Origin: Amphiscolops sp. MND2022
Lineage: Eukaryota
Reading direction: 5' to 3'
Assembly: GCA_964187785.1 (NCBI GenBank)
Contig: OZ076409.1
Span: 3,226,001-3,290,000, forward strand
Length of the DNA stretch: 64,000 nt
The position numbers and the translations under genes were made by a program. How positions within the stretch are numbered: position 1 is the first letter of the stretch; each line of letters begins with the position of its first letter. The notes beneath the pieces are model-generated. The model saw nothing but the letters and a program-made list of their open reading frames with translations, made no database searches and was not told the origin of the DNA. Shown here piece after piece: positions 13,801 through 28,800 of the stretch.

Positions 13801-16800
13801 TTGATATTATACGAGAAATGAAAAAAACGTTATATCCGAACTTTGAAAGCGTTATATCCGAACTTTGAAAACGTTATATAGGAACTTTGGGGACGTTTCA
13901 TCTGAAGTTTGAAACGTTACATCCGAACTATGAAAACGTTATATCCGAACTTGGAAAACGTTACATCCGAACTTTCAAAACGTTACATGCGAAAATTGCA
14001 AACGTTATATCCAAACTAGAATCCATGTTGACGTCTCGACAGTGCCGAAAAACCCGAAAGAGGGCCCTTTGGACACAAAAAGTGGCTTATGGTTACAAAA
14101 ACAAGACGGGAACGTCTCAAGTCGGCGCCATATCTAAGGCTCAAAAAGCTCAAACTTTTTGAAATTGTAAAAAGGGGGACCCTTTGGGTTTTTTGAAACT
14201 TCAATTTGCTGTAAAATATCAAAAAACTTGAAGGGGGGACCCTTTGGAGACAAAAAATTTTCGAAAAAAAGTCGCACAGTGCCGAAAAAAACTCAAACCC
14301 TATAGTCTCGTCCTGTTTTGTATCTTACGATAAAAATGGAGTAACTGAAAGGGGGGACCTTTAGCACTATCCTAAATGCGCTCCCCGTTTGCCTTTCCCG
14401 GTCCAGGGTCCAGTAGTTTAGTACTGTATTTAGTAGTTGAACGTTAATTTTAACGTTCGTCGCTTCGAGTCTGTCTTAAAGAAAAACAAGCCGAGACCGG
14501 CCCAAGTCGGCGCCATATCCAAGGCTCAAAAATAGCAAAAAGATTTCCAAGTGTCAAGTATTCGTTTACAGTAGTCGAAAATCGAAAATTTTTCGAATTT
14601 TTTTTTTGAAAAAATTACATACTAAAAAAATGGACCGAGTGGCGCGCCGGGGCTCGCTACCGCGAGCCCCTGGCGCGCTAACGTCTCACAATGCCGAAAA
14701 ACTGAAAGGGGGGACCCTTTGAGGTTTTTCAACATCCATTCTGTCGCAAAACATGAAAAAATTGAAAAATTTTTTTTTCATTTTCGGGATAAAATCTCAC
14801 AATGCCGAAAAAAACTGAAAGGAGGAACCCTTTGGGATTTTCCAACATCCATTCTGTCGCAAAACATCAAAAAAAATGCAGGGGGGACCCTTTGAGGAAA
14901 AAAAATTTCGAAAAAAAAATCCGAAAAAAAATGTCTCGCAGTGCCGAAAAAAATTGAAAGGGGGGACTCTTTGGTCTCGCCCGGTATGATATGTTACGCG
15001 GAAAAACAGGTAAAACCATTTTGATTCAGTTCGCTAGGCCAAATGGTGCTATTTGACACCATAATATTTTGTAGAACTTTTAAGAACTATTTTGGTCAGT
15101 TCGTGTGGATAGAAAAAAAAAGAGTCACTATAATAGTCGCGTTTCACTTCATGAAGCGCCGACTAAAAAACGAGTGACTGTAATAGTCGGGCTCTTTTAT
15201 TTATAGAAGCGCCGACTAAAAAACATCAAAAAGGGGACCCTTTGGTAACATTTGAAACTTTTCGAAAAAAATCACAGAGCCGAAAATACTGTAAGGGAGT
15301 ACCCTTTGGTCCCGTTAAATTTCGTAGATGATGTTAAAAAACGTTGTGAACTTTTGTGCATTATTTATAAATTTGCTTGATAAAATTCATGAATCATGAA
15401 AATTGTAAAAAATGGACCATTCAGAGTGAGATTGTCAGCTGAAAAAGAAACAAGACGGGAACGTCTAAAGTCGGCGCTATATCTAAGGCTCAAAAACCGC
15501 AAAACAATTTTTTGAAAAAAAACTTGAAATTTTTGATTTTTTCCTTCAGAAAATGTCGCATAGTTTTTTGGGCTTTATTAACATATATTCTGTTGCAAAA
15601 TATCAAAAAACTCGAAAGGGGGACTCTTTTGAAACAATAAATTTTTGAAAAAAAGTCGCACAATGCCGAAAAAAAATCGAAAGGGGGACCATTTAGTCTC
15701 GTCCGGTTTTGTAGGCTACGGTAAAATAGTAAAAAATGAAAGGGGGACCCTTTTGCACAAATTTCCGCTGACCGGACTTGGCCTTATGGTAGTAGTTTTA
15801 GTAGGTTCGATTGTAAGAAAAGTGGCCCAATCAGAGTGAGATTGTAGTCTGACGAAAAAAAAACTAGCCACTGTAAGTGTCGGGCACTTTTCACAAGAAA
15901 AGCGCCGACTAAAAAACTACTCACTGTAATAATCGAGCTTTTTTCCTTAAGGGAAAAGGCGCCGACTAAAAATAGGCCCCTCCGGGTACACTATTATTTC
16001 TGCTTCAATATGTCATTAATAATAGAACCATATCTGGAATACCAATACACTCCTGATTAATGATTATTTAGCGCACAATTAAACACTGTACCAGTTTATA
16101 CCGCCTTTATATCTCGGACTAAAGCAAATATAACTACTAAGCGTAGACGAAGTTTCGCATTCGCATTTGAAAGCAGGCGAAGCTCTCGGCGAACGAATAA
16201 TTAACACTCATTCGCTTCATCTCAACAACTCGAAAAGCATACCAAGGCTTAATTACGAACATTCGCTCGCTTCATCTCAATGACGTCCGCGTACGAATGC
16301 ATAATTACCACTCGTTCGTTCCATCGCACGAGAAACGAATTGTCGTCGGCAGCTTGAGAAATTCAATTCTCACGCGTATAGTCACTGCCGAACAAAATAT
16401 CTAAATTTTCCAGTATCACGACAAGAATTGTACTGAAAAAAGTTGACATCTTGAGGTTTCAATAATACTCCTGCTATCGCAGAAATAATAATAAATCAAC
16501 AGTGTCGTTTAAAATGAGCGGAAGCAAGGGAAGATGAAACTCATCATGAAGATTTCATGTTTATTTTGATCGAAAAAATTTGAATTCATGAAGAAATATT
16601 AATTTTTTTGATAGTTTCAGGAATCAAAATTGATCGTTTCGATCACATTATTTCATTCTGCACTGGTTTTTTGTGATGAAAGTTTGAGTAAAACTTATAT
16701 TTACGTAGATTACCTGAAGAGATTAAGAAAGACATTAGTCTGGTTTCTGACAAGCGCAGGTATTTAAAAAGGAACATAATCGATGGACGACTTTCTGGTG

Positions 16801-19800
16801 TTTGACATGCTTACTGGGTTTCAGAGAGTCTTAACAAGAAGTTGAAACAATTAGTGGCGCCCCCATTGTATTATTCGAACCAGACTACCTTTCGATCTAA
16901 CTACACTAGGCTGTTATACATAGTGACATCTTTTGTTGAGCGGCCTTGAAATTCCAAGAGTGGATTATCGGTATAAGCCTACCAGTTAAACATGTATCCG
17001 TACTTGAAGCGTTTCAGCACTGCTCACAACGCTATTGCTTGGATTTGAAGTGAAGCATAACAATCTTTGAAAGGCTATCAGTGTAAAAGGATTTGTGTCG
17101 CAAAAACAATTCATCCTTCAGACTTCGCATCAGATCAAGCTAAGAAGGCTATAAGAGGAAACTCTACGATCTCAAGCGAAAAAACACAGGCGCACGTGAC
17201 GCAAAGCACTTTCCAGACCATTAATACTTCCCATAGCTGAACGAGGTCACGGCAAAGGGAACAAGCCGGGAACGGCATAAGTCGGCGCCATATCTAAGGC
17301 TCAAAAAGAGCAAAAGTACTTCAAAGTCTTGGTGAAAAATCTGAAAAATGACAAATTGGTAGTAAAATGTTCGACCTTTTATGCAAGTTTCGAAACTGCA
17401 AGTTTATTGACTAAGCTCTCTTAAGGTAATTCAAGGCGGATAAAATCCCGGTGCTCAGCGGGTGTCTTCATCGTATCATTTCAATTTTTGGGATCTCTTT
17501 CACTATGTCCCCCTCCACAGCAAAAAGGGGGACAAAGTGAAATACTATGAAATACATGTATTGCACATTCTAATAACGCAGATCTGCTCTTATTTGACAG
17601 CTTCTGATTGGCTGAGTGAGGATTTTGATAATGAGAGCCAATAAAAAGTGTCGATAGTTATGACGAGATTAATTGATTGACAGAATAGCATGAGAGATTA
17701 GCCAATAGGAGATATAAATAAGCCGTAAACTCTAGGGGAACAGTGTAACGAGTGATATAGGGGGGACATAGTGGAACATCCAATTTTTAGTCGGCGCTTT
17801 TCGAAGAAAAACGCAGACTATAGTAGTGACTTTTTTTTCAAGACCAACGAACTGACAGATTTTATAAATTTTATAAGTTGGCACTAAACCGGCACTAACA
17901 CTAAACTGTGTCACGCTACTTCACTGCCACTTGGCCACTACGGCTTTTTCGAGGTCTGATAAGCAGAATGACATGGGTTCGAGTCCCGCCATGACCAAAA
18001 TTTTTTGTGCAAATTTTTTTCGGCTTTGTGAGACTTTTTTCGCAAATATCTCCAAAGGGTCCACCCTTCATTTTTTTGTCTATTTTGCAAAAGAATGGAT
18101 GTTAAAAAACTTCCAAAAGGCCCCATTTTACATGTTTCGGCACTATGCGACTTACGGGAGACCAAAAAAAAATTAAAAAATTTCAAAAAAATCGGATTTT
18201 TTTTCAATTTTTCCTCAAACGGGTACTGTAGAAGAGAATACTTGACACTTTGAAGTCCTTTTATTTTTGAGCCTCAGATATGGCGCCGACTTGGGCCGTT
18301 CCCGGCTTGTTTGAAAATAGGCGGGGCACAGTATTATTTCTGCTTTTCATGTTAGGCTTTCATGTTCGATAATAGAAGTAGATCTTATTCATTTATATAC
18401 AGCACAATTAATCACTCTACCAGTTTACACCGCCTTCAAATCTTCTCGGACTAAAGAGAGTATACCTACTAAGCGTAGACGAAGTTTCGCATTCGCATTT
18501 GAATGCAGGAGAAGCTCTCGGCCAACGAATAATTAACACTTGTTCGCTTTATCTCAATGAATTCGGCGTACGAATGCATAATTACCACTAGCTCGTTCCA
18601 TCGCACGAGAAACGAATTGTTGTAGACAGCGCTTTAATTCTCACGCTTATACTCACTGCCAAACAAATTATGTGAATTTTGCAGCAGGTACTCGATATCA
18701 CGAGAATATCACGAGATATCACAAGAATTGTACTGAAAAAAAGTTGAATTGCTGAGATTTCAATAATATTCCTGCTATCACAGAAATGATAAAAATCGTA
18801 TGAATAGTTTGTGAGAAAGTTGAAATTCTCAATGAAAGGTCGGGATGAAAAAAATGTACGATGGCAAAAGTAGTCGAAATTTTTTTCCGACTACTAACAA
18901 ATAATTTAACGTTATCATGAATTATAGCTGAGCCTTTTCGTTACAAAATCAAGGCTCACTCAATCTACACATTAGTGCCAAAGTATTAGGATGGGGAAAT
19001 GTTAAAATCGCAAGGATGGGAAGTTCACTTGATTCAAAACAGAGCATTGAACTTAACGGCCGATCAGTCCCCCCTCTACACAGTGCCTTTGCTTCAATTC
19101 AGGACCCGCTCTATAGCCTGTCCCTATGGTCTGTCGGATTTCTGCTATAAAGTTCACGTGGCGAATGGAAAAGGCCAAAGCTACAATTTGTTTACACTCG
19201 GAACTGACTTTCAATGAATTCGGCGTACGAATGCATAATTACCACTAGCTCGTTCCATCGCACGAGAAACGAATTGTTGTAGACAGCGCTTTAATTCTCA
19301 CGCTTATACTCACTGCCAAACAAATTATGTGAATTTTGCAGCAGGTACTCGATATCACGAGAATATCACGAGATATCACAAGAATTGTACTGAAAAAAAG
19401 TTGAATTGCTGAGATTTCAATAATATTCCTGCTATCACAGAAATGATAAAAATCGTATGAATAGTTTGTGAGAAAGTTGAAATTCTCAATGAAAGGTCGG
19501 GATGAAAAAAATGTACGATGGCAAAAGTAGTCGAAATTTTTTTCCGACTACTAACAAATAATTTAACGTTATCATGAATTATAGCTGAGCCTTTTCGTTA
19601 CAAAATCAAGGCTCACTCAATCTACACATTAGTGCCAAAGTATTAGGATGGGGAAATGTTAAAATCGCAAGGATGGGAAGTTCACTTGATTCAAAACAGA
19701 GCATTGAACTTAACGGCCGATCAGTCCCCCCTCTACACAGTGCCTTTGCTTCAATTCAGGACCCGCTCTATAGCCTGTCCCTATGGTCTGTCGGATTTCT

Positions 19801-22800
19801 GCTATAAAGTTCACGTGGCGAATGGAAAAGGCCAAAGCTACAATTTGTTTACACTCGGAACTGACTTTCAACAAAAAGTCGCGTTCACTTGTCAAGAAGT
19901 ATCGAAATGCTCTTTAGTATCAATTTTCCACATCCGACGACAGAATAACAATCATCGAAAAATCAGAGACATTGCATTCAGAAGACACTGATCCCAAGGT
20001 GATGATCTGCGCCTGACACCGTATCATCACATCACCTGTGAATTAGGTCGCTTTTAAGCGAAAAGGCAAAAGAAGCGAAAGCGAAACCGAATAAGCGAAA
20101 GAACCGAATAAGCGTCGACAGCGAAACCGACCACTGAATTTGCGCTCATCTGATTGGTCTAAAATTGTTGCTATTTTGGTAACAAAAAGTTCCAACTCTT
20201 ACAGTGGCAAGTTTTTTGTACCGGGCGTTTCACTCGATAGTACAGTTGTAAGATTTGTCTCTAGTAGTGGTAGTAGTTTGTTGAGACAAGGTAGTAACAG
20301 ATCGAAATTTCCAGAAGTTCGAAATGTTGTAAAGAAATTACAGCTTTTGAAAATAGGCCCATGCGGGGCACAATATTATTTCTGCTTAAAGCCTTTCATG
20401 TTCGATAATAGAAGCATATCTTAATCCTTTATATAGCGCACAGTTAATCAATCTACCAGTTTACACCTCCTTTAATTCTTCTCGGACTAAAGTAAATATA
20501 ACACCCAAGCGTAGACGAAGTTTTGCATTCGCTTTTGAATGCTGGCGAAGCTCTCGGCGAACGAATAATTATTCTCAATGACGTCAACGTACGAATGCAT
20601 AATTACCACTCGCTCGTTCAATCGCACGAGAAACGAATTGTTGTCGGCAGCTTGAGAAATTTAATTCTCACGCTTATAGTCACTGCGGAAGAAAATATTT
20701 GAATTTTTCAGCAGGTACTTGAAATCACAAAAATTGAGCTGAAAAAAAGTTGAATTGTTGAGATTTTAATATTATTCCTGCTATCGCAGAAATAATAATA
20801 AAGTAGAGTAGGATGAACACATGAATGTTCTTACCCCCATGGCTCCTGTCCAACGACTGGGGACTGAGCAGAGCCTGTGCGGCCATTCTGGCATCCACGC
20901 CTCCTCCGGTGCCCACCGAAGAGGCAACTGGGTTGGAGTTGTTGTCCCACGAAGAGGTCTTGTCCGCCACTTCTGAAACATGCAAAACATACATGTACAA
21001 CACTCAACACGGTGCCTATTCAAATCGTAGAATATTCAAAACGTACAAAAATAGGTCTATTCAAAGCGTCGAAAGAATTCCGTAGCAGCGATTATTTTCA
21101 GGTTATTTGAAGAGGTTAGCATATTTGTTGTATGGCTCGGCCGCTTCGCTCTCTTCGCGAGGTAGTAACATTAAGACATGGCCATATGGCACGTTGCTCC
21201 GCTTCGCTTCGCTCCTGCATTTAGGGTACTAGGGGTATGTGAGCATAGCTGATTACATTATCGTATTTAGTTCGCAGCATGTACTGTTATCATATTACTG
21301 GAATTTGATTGGCTCATTAAATGAAGTTTTTGGTCACGTGACTATTACGCACAGTATTTACTGTGTTAACTGCTTTCGACGCTTTGAATATTCTACGATT
21401 TGAATCGTCCCCACTCAATACAACACAACATAATGCATACAGTACATGTAAAAATAGCTGAATGTCTTCAAGAAATGAAGTACCTACGAAATAAACAAAA
21501 ATTGCCAATTAGGTGCCAGATGTTGCAAAATTGTTTAAAATGATGTCCCATATGCCAATTCAGTAGTAAATACAATCAATGAAAAATGGAACTAGGAAGT
21601 TTCTTCAGGATTTGCAAACCTACATTTCAAGTGCCAAAAAATCTTTAGAACGTTTGTTTTTTTTTAAAGAAATTTGTATGATAGCAGAAATCAGAGCTAG
21701 TTATGTTTTGGTCCAATAATTTTTTTTTTACAAATAAAGGTTCAGTTTGTTTCTTACACTATTGTACATGTGTTATACAGTAGACTCAATTCTGTAAAAC
21801 GTTAGTCACAGTAGATTTGCCCCATCTGCTATTAGATATCTTCCTGATAGGAATCCACTTCTCGGACAAGTTCTCGAATGTTTTAGCCATCAATATTAAA
21901 AAGAAAAGCCCCAAATAAAAATGATTTTGCTTCAAGAAAAATGACTTGCATTTCGAAATATGTCATCTCAGTCAAACAATCCATTCACCTTTGAAACGAT
22001 ATAAAAAAGGTGACAAAAGTTCAAGATCAGTATCAACTGCAAGCGCTCATTTTTTTCAAGGCTTCATTTTTATATCCCCAGAAGTGAATTGAGTTTTCAG
22101 CTCTCAAACGGTTCAAGCCGGGAACGGCCCAAGTCGGCGCCATATCTAAGGCTCAAAAATAGCAAAAGGACTTCAAAATGTCAAAGTATTGGTGAATTGG
22201 GGACTCTTTTATGAAAAAATATCACAATGCCGAAAAAAAACTGAAAGGGGCCCCTTAGTCTCGCTCGGTATGGTATGTTACGCGGAGAAACAGGAAAAAC
22301 CTTTTTGATTTTCCCTAGGTCAAATGGTTCAATTTGACACCATAAAAATTCGTAGAACTTTTGTAGAACTATTTTGTTAAGTTCGTGTGGATTGAAAAAG
22401 CGCCGACTAAAAAGACTAAACCCCGAAACCCGCGTCGTATACATTTGCCAGACAATATATCGTCACCAACAGTTTGTGCGGGTTCGAACCATTTAGTTAG
22501 GATCCGCATAGTTTTTAAACTTACACAAACAAGTTGAAATGTCTTTTTCACAGGAAACATTACAGAAAACTAAAAAATAAGACACCCGCTAAGCACCGGG
22601 ATATTTTCCGCTAAAGAAACGCATCAGCCCGGGTTCGAACCCGCGACCTCGCGTGAAGATTTGGTAACGAAAATTGGTCAAGTAACTAAATAGTCAAGTA
22701 ACTATATAAAATAGTCAAAATATGGAGCGTGGAGATTTGGCAGAATTTGGAAAAAACTCACAGATAATGATTTTCCTCCCCCATTTTATGTGGGCGGAAA

Positions 22801-25800
22801 ATAACAAAAATCGAAAACACGTGTACGAATATTGCATAGAAACACGGTGGAAAAAGATTATTAGGACGCAAGTAGCGTGAGTCATTGACTCAATGTTGCT
22901 CAGCTTCTCAATCACGCAGTGTTCCTTTCTAGACGTACAACTTTAGATGTAGTTAGTTCATGAAATCCTTCTTGGTCTTTTGAAAAAAAACTAATTAAGC
23001 AAACCTTATACGTTTTTGCTTTTTCAATTTGAGGCTTCCATTCAAGCGGGCATTAGTCCTTGGAAGCATTGAGTTTTATTAACATCTTAGCCCACACAGA
23101 AAAATTTAGGAAGGCTTTTTTCTACCGTAAAACCCCATTTTGGAACCTTTTTGGCACTGAAATTTCAAAAAAATTCAAAGACATATTTCAGACTAATTTT
23201 CAGCCTTGAGCGGAGCACCGACTTTTGCTGTTTTCGGTTTGTCTTTCTACCCGCCTAACAGGCAAGGCAGACAGAAAGTAGGAGACATATATGGGAGTGA
23301 CAAAACATTGTCGAAAGACTGAGAAAATACAATGCGAAAGTAGACACGGAAAACATCAGACTTTCAGTAGAAAGAGGTGATGAATTAAGAGGTGAACATT
23401 GTAACAGAACAATCGCAAGTTTTTCAAGCCGCATCCAAACCCCTTTCCCAGCATCCAACACAGCTTCCCCAAGCAAGGTTAGCAGAAAGCAGTTGCTTCA
23501 CAGTAAGGGTATGAACAGTAAGGGTTGAAAATGAACCATAATATAAATAAATCAGGGTAGGAAATACTAGTTTTGGCTACTATCAACACATTTATCGGCA
23601 CCGTTTTGCACAGTGGAATGGTAAGCTGTGTCAAAATTTTTTGGGTTCAAAATCAGCAAATAATCTTTTACGGCGAGAAACATTGAAAAATTTTTGAACT
23701 AAAACGTTTCGTTCACGATTGTAAATATTAACTCATAGTCACCGTGAGAACAAAATGAGTCTGTTAAATTCCGTGTTTCTAACGCTGAATTCTCATTCAA
23801 TAACTTCAATACATTCGATACATCTTCATCGCATAGATTCGAAGAAATGAAAGCAGTGAAGGAGTATCCGTTTACTTTTCCCAACGTTTTATCATCAGTT
23901 TCCACATACTGATTCAAAAATTAGCGAGTTTTCAACATCATGGCAGTTTTTGTGACTTCGCGTTGAGCCAACAATAGTATTTCCTTCTACAGGCACTTTG
24001 ACTCAACTCAAATAGGAGTGAAATGGCAATGCGTAGCTTTCAAGACCATACAGAACGAAACAGCATCAAAGTATAAACTATTATTGAATGACGTTTCTAT
24101 CCGTAATTTTGCTACCCGTAATTTTGTCGAAAGAGAAACCAAACAAGCCGGGAACGGCCCAAGTCGGCGCCATATCTAAGGCTCAAAAATAGCAAAAGGA
24201 CTTCAAAGTGTCAAGTAATCTCTTCTACAGTACCCGCGTGAGGAAAAAATTGAAAAAAAAATCCGACTTCTTTTTGAATTTTTTTTCGATTTTTTTGTCT
24301 CCGGTAAGTCGCATAGTGCCGAAAAATGTAAACGAGGTCTCTTTGGGAGTTTTTGAACATCAATTTTTTTTGCAAAATAGAAAAAAAAATGAAGGGGGAC
24401 CCTTTGGAGACATTAGAAAAAAGCTTTCATGGCTAAAGCAACCAGGGAAAAAAAGCCAGCGATAAACAGAACAAAAAAATGAAAGAAACACTTGCTGACT
24501 GTCAACGAAACGCTTGAGATCTATCGATTAAAGAGGTGCTTCGAATTGACTGACACTTCAGCCGGTAGAGGGAGAGTTTTTCGTTCACAAAACCACGACA
24601 GCTGAAGACGAGACAAGACTCGCTAATGAATCCAACGGACTTTGGGATACTCGCTTGAACCGCACTTATGTCAAAATTTTGAATCCACTTGCAAAAACAT
24701 ACCTAAAAGATACCAACTACGCGTACGAATTTCACGAAACTCAGAAGCTGAAATACGATTTTAGAATTATCAATCGAGAATCATTTTAGAATTATTATAT
24801 GTGGGCGTTAATGACACCCAAACTCTTTTCACTGACACGCCCTCCATGTACTAAGGGCAAAAAGTTCAATCTCTCTTTACACCATATCACGGTTTCAGTA
24901 CGCGCGGTCTTTATAGATGTAAATGAGGAAAAAAAGAAAAATAATGAAATAAAAATTATCAATCTAGAGAAAAACACATTCAACCCAGTGTTTTGCTTGT
25001 ACCGGTACAAAAGTAACTGCCCGAATCGCTGCAAAAATCAATGAAAAAAGCTCAGAACGCTACCCGGATGCGATAAGCTACACACGGACTAAAATACGCT
25101 TTGCTCTTGCCCATTGTTCCTTCTTATGTCGAAGAGACTGCAAATCGAAACACAACCAACGAGCGATTGTCGAGTCACCTATCTGCGTAATCTTTCACGA
25201 TGGAGGGCTGTCCTAAGCAGACCAAAGCTTCGGGTGCAACCTAACCCTACAATGCAATCAGACCATTCATCAAAGTAGGAACTGTGGCGGGCGGAAATTG
25301 CGACATCTGTAGCATTTTACATTCAACAGCAAAAACACAGTAGCGATCAACACGTAATTTCATGAATGATGTTCCAATTTGTTGAAACTGGAAATTGAAC
25401 GGTACCGTACCTTTTGAACAGTTTTGAGTCGTAATTTTTGTACTCTTAATAAGGAGGCTCTGCAGCTTGCAGCGTACTGACACCCAAACTCTTTTCACTG
25501 ACACGCCCGCCATGTAATAAGGGCAAAAAAGTATTTTCTCTTACAACACCAAACTCCGGTTACAGTACGCGCGGTCCTTGTGTATTTTTATCAGTGAACT
25601 CTTAATAATCCCAATATTTACATCAAACGTTTTCAGTAACAGGAAGTATAGCAAAACCAATAAAATAACGCCCATCATTAGTCGAAACTAAAACTAACTT
25701 CGTAGCAGAAGGTACAAGGGATGAAAAAGCGATATCAATAACTGTTACAGGGATAGATAAATTAGGGCAAAGCGGCTTCAAATACGGCCAACCAGTTTCA

Positions 25801-28800
25801 AACACTGGCAGGTGAACTTTCGGCCAAGTAATAATCCAACAGCCCTTTACGCTTCTGCATTTAGAGCACTTCAAGAAGTCCGATCCGGTGGTATTCCAAC
25901 CGCTGTGGTTATTTTAGTCAGCGGTTTCGAAGAAAATCCCGACTCTTACAGTGGCTAGTTTTTTTTCGTCAGTTCAACGCGATCGGTCCACTTTTTTGTT
26001 CATTTGTTCAACATCTTAGCCGAGCTCAACCCGGATGTTACTTCGAATATAATGTTTCAAAGTTCCCATGTTTCAAAGTTCGGATATAACGTTTTCAAAG
26101 TTCGGATGTTCGGATATAACGTTTTCAAAGTTCCGACATAAACTTTTCAATATTGGTATTTAGAAAAATCACAAAGGGGTCGTTTCATTTTTTCGGCATT
26201 GTGAGATTTTTTTTCGATACACCTGGAGTGACCAAAATAGTTTAAGTTCTGCAAAATATTATGGTGTCAAATTGAACCATTTGGCCTAGCGACCTAAACC
26301 AAAAAAAGTTTTCCTTTTTTCCGCGTAACATACATTACCGGTCGAGACTAAATGGTCCACCTTTCTGTTTTTCGGCATTGTGAGCCTTTTTTCAAAAAAA
26401 ATCGGGTGCTGTGTAAGGGAATACTTTGACACTTTGAAGTCTTTTTGCTATTTTTGAGCCTTAGATATGGCGCCGACTTGGGCCGGTCCCGGCTTGTTTG
26501 AAGTGACAAAGACATGATGCGACGAAAACCGAGTGTAAGTTGATTATGCTATCAGACTGAGGCCGTCTGTAATGATTAAACTCGAACAAAAGAGTTTCTC
26601 TCTACGTAAAAAATCCTCAAACCTACCGATCCACCCAGAACCTTAAAGCCAATTTAAAATGATGAAACTAGATGTTGTCATCATGGTATCAGTTTATAGC
26701 TCAAACTTTCAGCACTTTCGAACATCACTTTGGAAAGCTTTTCTTTCATGATTTGTCATTGATTTGTCACAAAATGAGAAAAGAGTTACTGTGAGTTGAA
26801 ATAACGCCGTGCCAAGTAAACGCCTCTTACTAATCGTATGTGGTGGAATCGCGATGTATAAGCATAGTGAACGTACAAATCACCCTTATAAGGACCCGTG
26901 TTTAGGTTATTCTCCTCAAATCATTCAACCAGACTCCCTTGCAGGGATGTAAAAAATATATATTGTATTTAAAGATAATGACAATGAATGAATAAAACAA
27001 GCCCCTCCGGGACACACTATTAATTCTGCTTTAATCCTTCACTTATAATAGAATTATATCTGGGATACCAATACACTCCTGTTTAATCATTATTTAGCGC
27101 ACAATTAATCACTGTACCAGTTTATACCGCCTTTAAATCTCGGACTGAAGCAAATATATTTACTAAGTGTAGACGAAGTTTCGCATTCGCATTTGAATGC
27201 AGGCGAAGCTCTCGGCAAACGAATAATTAACACTCATTCGCTTCATCTCGAAAACTCGTGGCAACGAAAGCACAATTACGAACATTCGCTCGCTTTATCT
27301 CAATTACATCAGCGTAGGAATGCATAATTACCACTCACTCGTTTCATCGCACGAGAAATGAATTGTCGTCGGCAGCTTTAGAAATTTAATTCGCTTATAG
27401 TCACTGCCGAACAAAATATCTGAATTTTCTATTATCACGACAAGAATTTTACTGAAAAAAAAGACATCTTGAGGTTTCAATAATATTCCTGCTATCGCAG
27501 AAATAATATATTTATTTTTAGTTTCGTACAATCAAATAAATTTATTTTTTATTCCAACCTATTGGTGTTTTGGGCCAATATATTTTGATATTCACTGACA
27601 ATTATTATCACAAATGCATTATGATCGTATACACAAAATACATGAAACTCAATTTCTCGGGCCAACTGTTGTAAAGCATTCGTATTTAGTTACTAGTTGT
27701 GTAGAAAATCGATTCAGGAAGTTTCGTGAAATTATTGATGGTTATAAATTCTTTGTTATGGAAGTCTTTGTTCGAACCATGTATTTTTTTTCTTCACACA
27801 AAATTGGACAATATGTATTAAATATATTTATTGTTAGCCATAAGTGTGGTCCCTGCAAAACTTATGCAGCCGGCCTGAACACTCCTGACGAAGTGTGGTC
27901 CCTAGAAGAGGTTAGCATATTTGTTGTATGTCTCGGTCGCTTCGCTCCCTTCGCCAAGTAGCAACATTGAGGCATGGCCATATGGCACGTCGCTCCGCTT
28001 CGCTTCGTTCCTGCATTTAGGGTACTAGGGATATGTGAACATAGCTGACGACGTAATAAAAATTCCGACAAACTATGCAGGGACCACACTTATAAAATAG
28101 GGACCACACTTATAAAATAGGGACCACACTTAGTAAGGAGAAATCGCTTGGGACCACACTTAGTCAGGAGTACCTAAATACATTTTTTTTGAAAAATAAT
28201 ATTTAAATACAATATTTTACATCCCTGCTCCCTTGTAATCAGAATACCCCTTCAAATAGGGATTGCAGAGTATAATACTCTCCCTCTCATCGGCAGCTTT
28301 TCTTTCCTAACTTTTTAGAATATTGACCAAATTACGAATTCAATCTAAGCTGACCTTTTATCCCCAGCCGAAGCTGCTTCGTGTTAATTAGCAATCATTC
28401 TTCAAATCTACTTTCTACACACACTTTGATTAAGCACGATTGATTGTGGAATGAACGAAAATGAACAAAGCCATTTGAAGTCAACTCAAGAATGAAATCA
28501 AACCAATTCACATCGAAATTGTGGCAGTCGCGCCGAAACAAAAAGTTGCTCAACACAAACACGACAGCCGCTTCACTGAGCCTCGTTTCACAAAAACTTC
28601 TCAACTTTTGAGCATGTTTGAAATGTAAGTTCTCCACAAATGTATCTCAAAAGCAGGGTTTTGAAATCGCTATTTTTTCGCTAATCGCTTAACCGCTATT
28701 TCGATGAAAAACTTTTTCTCCAACAGTTTCAAACATTTGATTTCAACAGTTTCAAAATCAATTTTTGCGAGAAAAGGACGAGAATTTTTCATACTGTGTG

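Larger units (their letters stand above)
26942..28227. mobile_element. hAT-type MITE with two nested insertions
   Basis: TIRs CAGGGATGTAAAA / TTTTACATCCCTG; perfect TSD CTCCCTTG; contains a HINE-B copy and a GGGACCACACTT-ended element. Confidence 0.85.
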
